36,594 nt of DNA from Chrysochromulina tobinii (taxonomy: Eukaryota). Positions 10,509 through 20,700 of this stretch are shown piece after piece. The DNA is taken from assembly GCA_001275005.1 (NCBI GenBank), contig JWZX01003104.1:1-36594 (forward strand), given 5' to 3'. Numbering within the stretch: position 1 is the stretch's first letter; each line of letters starts with the position of its first letter. The notes below the pieces were generated by a model. The model was not told the DNA's origin, did no database searches, and worked only from the letters and a program-made list of their open reading frames with translations. A program made the position numbers and the translations under genes.

Positions 10509-10898
10509 GTAACCATTAAGCGCAGCCACGCAGCCCGACTGAGGTGAATGGAAAAAGTCATGTGCATGCTGGTGCTACGAGTACCTCGCCGGACGGCCCT
10601 CTTTCCTCTCACTTGGCATGCGGAATGTGTGCGAATTATTTGGCAAAATTTGCGAACTGACGTACCGGTCATTTTATTTGCTGTCATACGGTTCCGGAAA
10701 TAACCCCGTGTGTGTCCCGGCTCCGCCCGGTGCTTTTGAACGGTACTGTACCGGTACCAGTGCGTCCCGGCTCCCCCGGTTTGTCCACGTGGCACTTCAT
10801 GAATTCCGCACGGACGGGGACGAGGCAGGGAGCAGTCAGAGCATCATCGGGTCGCAGCGTCGTTGAGCAGCGCATCGTCGTTGCAGCGAAGGACTTCG

Positions 10899-13059
10899 AT
10901 GCCGAAGCCCAAGCCCTTCGTGACAGATTCGTGTGGTTCCAAAGCCATCGTTTGGTTTCAAGGAACCCTTCGCGTACGGGATAATCGGATTCTGGAACGG
11001 GCTGTGCAACTCGCTCCAGGAGGCCTCTCCGTCGTGGTTGTTTGGCGGCACGGTTCCAAGATACCGACTCCAACGGCCTCGTTTCTGGCTTGCCGCGTGC
11101 CGAAGCTTTCATGCCGAGCTGCGCAAGCTCGGCAGTAGTCTCACGGTGCTGCATGCCAGTCGAAACTCCGACGAAAGCGCCGCTGAAGCTGTAGCTTCGC
11201 ACGCCATCGCACTTGGTGTCAATACCATTTTGATCGATGCTTGCGAGATGGGTGCGTCGACGGCAAACATCCGATCGGCTCTGTCAAGCGCAGGGAAGAG
11301 CAGCGTCAGCGTCGAGGCCATGGTAGATGATACCCTGTTTGCGCAAGATGTGGCCGCAGCGTGCCTCTCGATGTCACGATCAGAGGGGAGCGAGGCCAAG
11401 GTGTTGCAGTGGTCGAGCTTCCTCAAAGCGATGGCGCAACTGACACCGCCTGAGCCGCTCGCTGCTCCGCGCCGACTGCCACCACTGCTTACACCAGCCG
11501 CCGAGAAGCTCGACCTGCCTCCCGACTCGGCTTGGTGGGGCAAGCCGTTGCTCTCGGGCTGGCTTGCAATCTCGGGAGTGGAGATATCGGAGGCCGGCGC
11601 GCGCAAGCTCGCTGAGGCGGCCGCGGCTCGCGCGTGCCGCAACGGACGCGCCGGCTTCTCCCGTTCGCACCTGGGCGAGCGTGCAGGCGCCGGCGACGAC
11701 GCGGACGGCAAGGCGGCGCCGCGCCCGTCGTACTTGTCGCCCTTCCTTCGCTGGGGCGTCCTCTCAGCAAGGCAGGCGGATCAGTTGGGGGTTAGGCGGC
11801 GCGATCTGCTGTGGCGGGACTTTGCGCGCCTGTGCTGTCGCCTGGCGACACCGCTGCGCCACAGCAAGCCGGTGACGCAGGTGCTTCCTCTCGAGGATAT
11901 GAGCGCCGCGGACGCGGAGGCTCTCGGACGCCAGCACGCAGCTCACGGTTGGACTTGGACGCCCCGGCTCGTCTCGCCCGACAGCATGGTTGAGGACTCC
12001 TCTTCCGCAACGAGTACTGCGGCCAGTGCCCTGTCTTGGGCGGCACTCAGCGGGCTGAGTGACGCTCAGGCCTTCGAAGCATGGTGCACCGGACGCACGG
12101 GCGCACCGCTTGTCGACGCAGGCATGCTGCAGCTCTGGGCCTGCGGCTGGATGCCGCGACGCGTGCGTCTGCTGTGCGCTTCGTGCCTCGTCGAGGGTCT
12201 TGGGCTCGACTGGCGCCTCGGCCGGTGCGTGGATGCCCTTCGAACCCAACGCCCAAGTCCATATCGGCTGCAGGCGAGGCTCTCCATGCTCAGGCGCGAG
12301 CGCTCGCGCTTGAGACACGTGCGCGGGCGGGCGATCGTCCACCTTGGCGTGCACCGGTACGGCGCGTATGACATCGCCTCGGGTGAGCGATACAACCTGA
12401 TCGACTCCCGTGTGCGCAGCGATTGGTTCGCGTACACGCTGATCGACCACGACGCGTTCATCAACGAGACGATGTGGCAGAATGCTGGGCTGTGCGGCGT
12501 CGATCCATATTATCGCGGTCTACTCTGGGATTGCCTGCCGAGCCAGGCGAACGACGAGTTTACGGCGAGCCGCGATGCCGGCGCTCCCAGTGCTGAGGAG
12601 CGCAGCGGGTATGTGAGCTCCAACCAGTACACTCGTCTCTGGCTCAACTTACCACCGACAGAGCTGCCGCCGTGGCCACCGGCCCTGCACGCCGCTGCTG
12701 CCCGTTCACGACCTCCCATCGAGCGTGTGCAAAAGGTGGCGGCCGCTCGGCGAACCTGGCTTCAGGAGGCATTCCGGTTCGGAGGGCGCGTCTCGCGCGT
12801 GGGCGTGCGAATCCCCTTGCCGCTGGTGGACGAGCCAGAGAGCAGTCTCGTCGTCGAGGCGGCGCTTGCGTCGCAGAGCGTACCTGCAGAGGATGTCACG
12901 GTGGGACACATGCGCTTTCGCGTGCCGCCCATTCTGTCGCATGAGGGCCGCCCTGGGAATGGGAAGAAGAGGAAGAAGAGGGCGCCGGTCGAAGGAGCAC
13001 CGGCCGACCTTATGCATGAGAAGATGAAGAAGAAACCTAAGCGCGGCGGCGAGCATTGA
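10899..13059 (+). CDS. Cryptochrome/photolyase family flavoprotein; apparent 1-nt frameshift near 11091; in-frame intron 12225-12419
   Basis: The N-terminal motif AIVWFQGTLRVRDNRIL is in one frame. The FAD-domain motifs SYLSPFLRWG, LLWRDF, AWCTGRTGAPLVDAGMLQLWACGWM and DWRLGR/DWFAYTLIDHD..IN..MWQNAG are in the next frame. Basic NLS-like C-terminus (KKRKKR, KKKPKR). Confidence 0.85.
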
Positions 13060-14171
13060 GACGAGAGATCGAGCGATGGGCGACGTCTCGTTGCCTCATC
13101 ACCCACGTCTCATGTCGCCTCACAGATGTGCCCGCAGCACTGGGGTTGTCCTACAGGGTCCAGACGCCAGACTCGTGGCGGCGCCGTACCGCGCCCACGC
13201 TGCTGCACTAGCAGCAGCTCGTGGTTGTGCAGCAGCAGCAGCAGTGGCGGCTGCTTCGCGTTGTGCTGTGCACCACTCCGCTCCGACCGTCGGCTGCGCC
13301 CCAGAGGCTGCGACTGCGGCTGAAGTACTCTCCACCGCTCCGCCTCAGATGCCTCGGGGGCATCGAAGCGTGGTACTTGCGCGTGAGGAAGCAGCCCGCG
13401 GCACCCGCCCGCGTCCCATACGTAAACTCAGCCGCGCCCAAGACCCTCATGCGACTCGGCGGCTCGCCGTCACGCCGTCATTGGGGAATCCAGAAACGGC
13501 CACGATAACATGTGAATTATGTTGATGACAAAGAATCATCACGTGTCACATCCGCAAATTCCGATGCTGGCGGCGGCGTCTCGATCCCTGCATTAGCCTG
13601 GGCGACGATCCCATGCCATGCGCGTCTTCCGCGCTACCGACGACGTGTCGCATCGTGTATCGTTCCGATGCATCCATCGTGCTTCTATTTTGATTGTTTC
13701 GCCTAACGCTGAATTATTAATACACCGTCGCTCCGGCGCTTCTGTTGCTCGGCCGAAGCGCGAAACGGCATCGCTCGGTCCCGTCCCCAACGTAGGTTGC
13801 TGCGCGCACCTCAGACCACGCGCGCGCAATACGGTATACTCTATACATTTGGGCCGTCGAGGCATCACACTACAGTAGAGGTCACGATGCGCTTGGCGAC
13901 CGTATTGCTATGCCATCTGGTCTCAGCATCGGCGCTTGGACTTCTCACAGATTACACCGGGGTTCTCGGTACCCCAGGATGCTCGCGCGTCGACCTTCCC
14001 CCTCGCGTTCTCAGCGGCCTTTCATCGCCCACGTACCCCGCTCGATCGTTCAAGACTCTTTCCTCTTTGCACGCCCGGGCTCCGGCTCAACGGACGTCGC
14101 CGACGATGTCTACGAGTAAATCGCCTCCTCGTCCCTCACTGCACGTGCGGCCTCTCCGCAATCAGCAGCTC

Positions 14172-14563
14172 TTAGCATCCTATTGCAGCGAGCGGCTCGA
14201 GGTCGAGCCCCGGCCGGCCCTCGTCGCCCGCCTCGCTCTCCTCGTCCGCCTCGGAGACCGCGTCTGCCCAGCGGCAGCGCGTTGTAGAGAGCAGCAGCCG
14301 CCGGGCGAGCAGCGGGCTCGCTGGCGGCGGTGGCAGCGGCTCACTGTCGCCGGGCATGTCGTTCTCCCACGTCCGCGGAAGCCGCTCCGGCGGCTGCTCC
14401 TTCTCCGTCGCTATCGCACGATGTCCTCCAACCCCGTCCGGCGGCGGCGGCGGCGGCGGCGGCAGCTGTTCCTGCTGCGGCTGTTCCTGCGACTGCTGCG
14501 GCTGCTGCGGCTGCTGCTGCTGCTGCTGCTGCGACTGCTGCGACTGCTGCGACTGCTGCTGCG

Positions 14564-14598
<35 letters not shown>

Positions 14599-14599
14599 G

Positions 14600-14643
<44 letters not shown>

Positions 14644-16871
14644 TGTTGCTGCTGCGGCTGTGTGTGCAGCTTCTGCTGCTGTTTCTGCTCCTCGCGCTCG
14701 GCGCTCGCTGCTCGTCCTCGCTTGCGGGTGGCCACCCGCTTGATGCCGTCCTCGAGCAGCCGCTCGAAGTAGGTGAAGAAAAGGGCCTCGAGGGCGATCT
14801 CGTCGTCCCATGAGACCCGTTCCGAGCGCAGTGCGCGGCCGCCCTCACTACCAAGCGCGTCCATCGCGTTGAGCCCCTCCGCCATCGAGCCGCCCGCGCC
14901 GACGAGGGCGTCGCTCGCGCTCGCCATCTCTTCCATGCCGATGAGGGTCGAGAAGGAGGCCACGCGCCGGTGCAGCCGGAAGGGCATGCGCCGTGCCAGC
15001 CCAGGACTCGGCGGTAGCTCGTCGGTCTCCTCGCCTGCGATCGGAGTCGGCGGCGGGCCGCTCGGGGTGCCACGGCCGCTGCGGTGGCCGCGGAGGCCGT
15101 GCTGGCTGACATCTTCGTCGTCGTCGTCGTCGTCATCGTCGGCCGTCGAAGGCAGCTGGATGGCCATCACTCCTCTCGAGAGACCATTCGAAAGCGCGAT
15201 CGACGGTGGCGGCGGCAGTGGCGCCGGCTCGCGCGGCCGCTCGATGCCGTCGGCGGCGAGAGCGGTAGTGGCCGCCCCCGCAGGCAGATCGGCGGCGGAC
15301 TCGTCGGAGACAGAGCCATACGAGACCGCGCGGCGGACGCTCACGGGCGAAAAGGGCGCGGGCCGCGGGCAGGTCGCGTCTGCCTCCGTGGCCGAGGCAA
15401 ACTCGGGTGGCTGGCCCGCGCCGCGCAGTCGATGATTGCGCATCGCTGAGTGCGCGAGACGCTCCGCCTGCCCCATTAGCCTCTCAAGGTCACTCGGTCG
15501 CTCTTCCTCTTGGCGCGCGAGCATGTGCGCCACGTCGAGTAGCCCGAGACCGCTCGTCACCCCACGCTGCAGCGTGCGCGTCGCGCAGCGGCACACACGC
15601 GCGCACGCGGGCGGCAGCCCTGCATCCACGATGGCGCGCGCATCGGCGATTGGGTCGAGCCGGCCTATATAGTCAAGCGCCTCGGCCGAGAGCGGCGCGC
15701 TCATCTGCGGCCACGAGAGCCAGCACCAATTGTACCAGACCACCTCGGCACGCGTGGGCAGCACGCCGCCGTGGTCGATGGGCACAAGATAGCCGCCGCC
15801 ACCCGTGCGACCCTCGGGCGAGCCGCACCCATCCTCGCCTGTTGCCGACGTGGCCGACGAGCGCTCACTGATGCGCTCCTCGGCGCCTCCGGCTGGCAAG
15901 GAGGGGGGCGTTGTGCCGCCGGAGCCGCCGGTGGCCACCGCCGGCGAGGTCGGCGGCGACTCGCGCCGCGTGACGAGCACGTTACCATCGTTGCGGTCCG
16001 TGTTGAGCAGCCGCATGTCGAGGATGGCGATCTTGTGCACCTCTTGTGCGGGCAGACTGTACACGCCAACATCCGAGGCGAGGTCGGCGTGCGACACCCA
16101 CGCTTGGAGCGACCCTACCTTGGCCCCGTAGCGCGACAGCGGCCGCAGGCTCTGCACGTGGAACGCGGGGTGCAGCGCCTCTGCCTGCAGCGTGGGCGGC
16201 ACAGCGCTGAAGCCGCGGTGGTCGAGCGTGTACGCGATCACCTCTCGCAGGTGGCTCTCCCCCGATGGGATGGCCGGGTGGATGCCCGGCTGCCCCATCT
16301 TGCCGGCGAGCCCGCGCGGGTTGTTGGGCGCGAAGGGCTCCTCATCGCGCGGCTTGAACGCCGCGACCGGCCTCCTTTTAGCGTCGCGAAAAACATAGGT
16401 ACCGCCCATGCCGTCAAGTGCGAGGGCCGGAGCGAGCCCTTGGCCGATGCCCTGCCCGATGCGCGCCAAGAGCCTCTCGCCGGCGCGCCCGATGGCCGAC
16501 GGGTCCGTGGCACCCCACGGAGTGACATACGCGGCCGTCAGGTCGTGCGGGTTCTGCACTTTGAGCGTGAGCTTGAGCGTGCGGTGCGACGACGACAGCG
16601 GCGAGCGCGAGTTCTGCGGGTGGCGGCGGCGATCGAGCAGTTCCAGGAGGCGCTGTGTGTTGTAAAGTTCCTGGGACCCGTGAAATAGGCGCAGCCATGA
16701 GAAGCGGCACCCTGTAGCCTCCTGCAGCCGCTGCTTCACCTCCTTGACCGTACCCCAAGCCTTTAAGGTGAAGAGGTGCGGCCCGGGTGCGATCACGACT
16801 CGCACGATGGGTGAGCGCCGCACGCGCCGGCCGTCGGCTCCCGGATCGCTGCGATCGAGAGCCACCACCAT
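14172..16871 (-). CDS. Type II phosphatidylinositol 4-kinase (PI4K-gamma-like) with N-terminal ubiquitin-like domain and poly-Q C-terminus
   Basis: UBL-like TVKEVKQRLQEATG...LRLFHGSQEL. Kinase motifs GMGGTYVF, AAFKPRDEEP, KVGSLQAWV, VHKIAILDMRLLNTDRNDGN, LVPIDHG, WLSWPQ. First in-frame ATG is at 16871. Confidence 0.88.
14473..14670. repeat. (CTG)n-rich repeat, i.e. poly-Q on the minus strand within the PI4K gene
   Basis: Visible CTG/CGA triplet runs. Confidence 0.95.
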
Positions 16872-17001
16872 GCGCTCTCCCTCCTGGCGACCGAGCGGAG
16901 CGGCCAGCCGTGTGGTCGCAAATCTAGAGAAGCATCCGAAGAGTTCGGCACCCCAAACTGATGATGACGTAAAGCAGCGTTTCCACACCGCTCGCCCGGC
17001 G

Positions 17002-17100
17002 GGAACCCTCCTGAGTGAGTGAGTGAGTGAGTGAGTGAGTGAGTGAGTGAGTGAGTGAGTGAGTGTCTCAATAACTCACTCACTCACTGGAACCCTCCTG
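17002..17100. repeat. (GAGT)13 microsatellite with inverted (ACTC)n arm, flanked by a 12-bp direct repeat GGAACCCTCCTG
   Basis: GGAACCCTCCTG at 17002-17013 and 17089-17100; GAGT units to 17064; ACTCACTCACTCACT at 17074-17088. Confidence 0.9.
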
Positions 17101-17780
17101 AACACAGGCTATGCGAGTCTTGGGCGTTGTCTATGTGAATGTGTGTCGTGCTTATCAACCCCTACTTAAGAGGCTACACCTTTACGGTCGACCTTCACGG
17201 TTTTATATTTGACGGTTTATATTTTTTAAGTAGCTATTGCAGCCTCGTGCCCTGTGGGCCCCTGGTAACCCCTGGCGACGACTTCCGTTTATAGCTGGAC
17301 TGCTGGAGATGCGCCGACGCAGCCTCGAGCGGCTCTTCAGGGAGAAAGTTAGAGGCAGTGTGGCGCCACCGACTAACATTGTCCAATTCTCTAACCGTCT
17401 TTGCACTTTGGGTTTAAAATCTGAAACTGAATCTCCGCGTAACCTTAAGTAATTATAGCACATCACGCGACGTCGAATTTGGAATTAGCGTATAACATAT
17501 AATTTCCCCCATATAGAATGTACGCACGCGCACACTCCGTCTCCAGCGTCACCCACACACCCAGCTCGTGCCACAATACATATCACATGTACACTCCCTC
17601 CACCTCGACGCGGCTCGACCTCCGCTCCCCATCTGCCATCTCACTAACATCTCCACACTGGCTCACACTCAGAGAGTTGGGGCCTTCGTTCGCATTCTAT
17701 CTGTCAGCCGCCCACAACGGTAACAGCTCAACTGTGACAAAGCGCGGACGGACGGGCAACACCAGGGGCAACACCTACAT

Positions 17781-20700
17781 TCAACGGCTCTGCGACGGAT
17801 GGCCCCTGCTCTTGGCCGCTTTTCCCGCGACGGCAACCTGCTGCTCCAAGAGAGCCTCCCGCACGCTGGCCAGCACCGGCTGCACATGCACCGCCGCCGG
17901 CTCAGCCCTTTCTGTGTTTTTCGGCGAAGAGGTTGAAGACGTGGTATTGCTAAGGATGCCATTTTTGGCTCCCGAGCCGCCCTTGGCGGCACCCTTGGTC
18001 TTGGAACCGCCCGCCTTCCCGCTGCTGCCCCCCGACGCCTTGGCCGATCGCCCCTGGCCACCTCGCGTGCTCTCGGGCCCCTCGGGCTTGTCCGCCATCG
18101 TCTTATGTGAGAGGCGCTTCAAGCGACTCGGACTTGAATCGCCTTCGCCCTCGCCCTTGCTCTCGCCCTTACTCGTGGCATCAGCCAGCACAGGCTGGCC
18201 CTGCGACTCGGGGTTGGCACTCCCCTTGTCGGTAGCAGAGGGCATAACCATTGCGACCCCCACACCCCCGGCGCCCTTGTCGAGAGGGCTACGCACTACA
18301 GGTGCTGGGCTGACCGGTGCTTGGGCAATCTTGGCCTTGCTTGCATCGAGCCGAGCCTCGGCCTTGCTCTTCTTCTCGCCCTTCTCACGCGGCGGCTTCT
18401 TGCCCCCTTCGCCTGGCACGGTGAGCTTCTCGAGTTCAGCCTGCCGTTCCTTGGCCATCTCCAACGCGCGCTGCACGGCGAGCTGCCGCACGCTTCGTGC
18501 CGCTGCCTCGACGGTGATGCCGTCCCGCTCGGCGAGCAGCCTCGAGAGCTCGTCCATCACCGACTCGGCCACAAGCTGTTCCTCCTCCAGGCTGAGCTCC
18601 ATCTTCTTGAGCTCGCTCAGCCCGATGGCCACGTGCACCGTCGCCACCATCTTGGCCTGCTGCTCCTGCAACGCCTGCTCCTGCACGCCGCTCAGCGCTG
18701 ACGTGGCCTCGGCGCACTTGCGCTCCGCTTTTGTCGCCACGTAGACGGCCTCGTCCTTGACCTTGCCCACGGTCATGAGCTCCATCTCAAGGGCACCAGC
18801 CTTCTGGCGCCACGCGGCCGTCTCCGAGTTAGCCTTGAGCAAGTTGCGCTCAAGCTTATTCTTCTCTGCCTCGATGGCCTCCATCGTGGCGGCCGTCTTG
18901 TCGTGCTCATCCTTCTCCTTCTGGATCGCCCACTCGAGCTGAATGCGCGTGATATCCTTGCGCTCGGTCGCGTATCGCTGCTCCGCGGCCATCGCACGCC
19001 CCTCGGCGGCCGTTACCTCGCTCCTCGCCCGCACCGCCGTGGTTATGCCCTCCTCGAGGTCGGCCTCCTTGCGTGCCAGCTTTGCCTTGAGCTCAGCCGC
19101 CTCGCGTGCCATGTCGGCTGCCTTCTCCTCTCGCTCGGCGGCCTTCAGCTTCGCCTCGAGGACCTTCTCAAGAGCGTCTCGCTTGATGTCGGCCACCTTT
19201 TCGGCCACTTTAACGTCCAAGTCCGCCTGCTGCTTGGACTGCAGCGCCTTGAGCTTCGTCTCGCGCTTCGTGATCTCGAACTCGGCCAGCTCCGCCTTGC
19301 TCTTCGCCGATGCCGCCTCACTCACGGCGACGGCCGCCTCCCGCTTGTACTCGGCCGTCTCGCGCTGCGCGTTCGCCGCTTCGGTGCGCCAAGTCTCGAG
19401 CTGAAACTTGAGCTTCTCGCGCTCCTCCTGCGCCGCCTTGAGCTGCCCCTGCAGCCGTTCCTCACGCTTCTCCCCCAGCGCCCTCTCCTTATCCGCCTCC
19501 TGCTTCATCGCCGATGCCTTGAGGCGTAGCTCATCGAGTGCCATCTGTGCCGAAGTCGTGTACGCGACTGGCGCGCCTGCCACTCCTCCGGCCGCAGCCG
19601 CTGGCGCCTCCTTGAGGACTGCGCTGCGCGTTGGAATCATCTCTTTGAGCACGAGGCCCGCGAGCGCGTCGCGCGCCTCCGCCCCCGCCAGCAATGCTTC
19701 CTCGAGGTCCGTCTGCACCTTGAGCATCTCTTGTTGGCGCTCCTTATCGAGACGTGCCGCCTCGACGAGCTTCGCCTCTGCCTCCGACAGCTTGGCGTCC
19801 GTCATCTCGGCGTTCTCAATGCGCCTCTTGAGCTCCGCCTGCTTCGCCTCGAGCTCCTTCTTCGTCTCGTCAAGCGTCTGGCCGAGCGTGCTCAGCAGCT
19901 CGTGCTCCTTCTGCAGCTTGGTCTCTGCCTCCTTCAGCTTACCCGCCGTGACGCTCGCGCGCTCGCGCTGCTCCTGGCTCGCCTCCTTTAGAGCCTTGAG
20001 CTGCTCGAGCGCCGTCTCGAGCTGCTTCTTGCTCTCGTCCGCCTTCGCGCCCGCATTCTTGAGCTTCGCTTCGGTCTGCCCGAGCGCCTCCCTAAACTTC
20101 TCCGCCTCCTCTCGGCACTTGAGCGACGTCGCCTCTGCCGCCTCGAGCTGAGAAACAACGCCCTTGAGCTCGCTCTTGAACGAGGCCTCGCGAACCTCCG
20201 AGTCGGCCAGCATGACCTTCGCCTCCTCCATCTCCTTGCGCGATCGCACCACTGCCGTACGGTCCTCGGCCGCCGTCTTTCTCGCCTCGGCGAGGTCGGC
20301 CTTCATCGCGTCGAGCACCGCAGCGCTCTCCGCCTGACGTCCGAGAGCCTCATTGTACTTGGCCTCTACGTCCGCCTGCTTGCGCTGCGCCATCTGCGCC
20401 GCGTCGCGCTGCTGCGCCGTATTAGAGCGCTCCTTGGTCAGTTGCGCCTGCACAGCCGTAGCGCCCGCCTGCAGCATCTCGACCTGGCGCTCAGTCTCCT
20501 GCAGCTTGGCCGTCGTCTTCTCGAGGCTCTCGGTCAGCGTCGCGAGGGTGCGCTTGTCCCTGTACGCGCTCTGCTTGGTAGCCTCGAGCTCCTCCTTTGT
20601 CTTCTCGAGCTGTTGGTTGATGCCCTTCATCTGCTCGGTCATCTCCGCTCGCACCTCATCCCGTACTGTTTCGAGCTTGAGCTCGGCGAGCTCCATCGCC

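Noticed and set aside
51..13059. Helicase + SLX1 + photolyase-like as a DNA-repair or defence gene cluster
   Set aside because: Eukaryotic genes in mixed orientation, interspersed with unrelated genes, with no shared operon-like or mobile context. Chance proximity is sufficient.
13076..13525. Short ORFs with a CAG run downstream of the cryptochrome
   Set aside because: No recognisable domain or consistent frame; likely 3' UTR or intergenic.
14356..14772. Cys-rich ORF resembling a metallothionein (CCGCCCCCDCCD...)
   Set aside because: It is the antisense reading of the PI4K poly-Q (CAG)n tract; there is no independent coding evidence.
14180..17243. 10-bp direct repeat CTATTGCAGC (14180, 17234) bracketing the PI4K gene as a possible captured-gene transposon
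   Set aside because: No terminal inverted repeats, the PI4K stop lies outside the bracket, and rejoining the flanks gives no convincing ORF. A chance 10-mer match is plausible.
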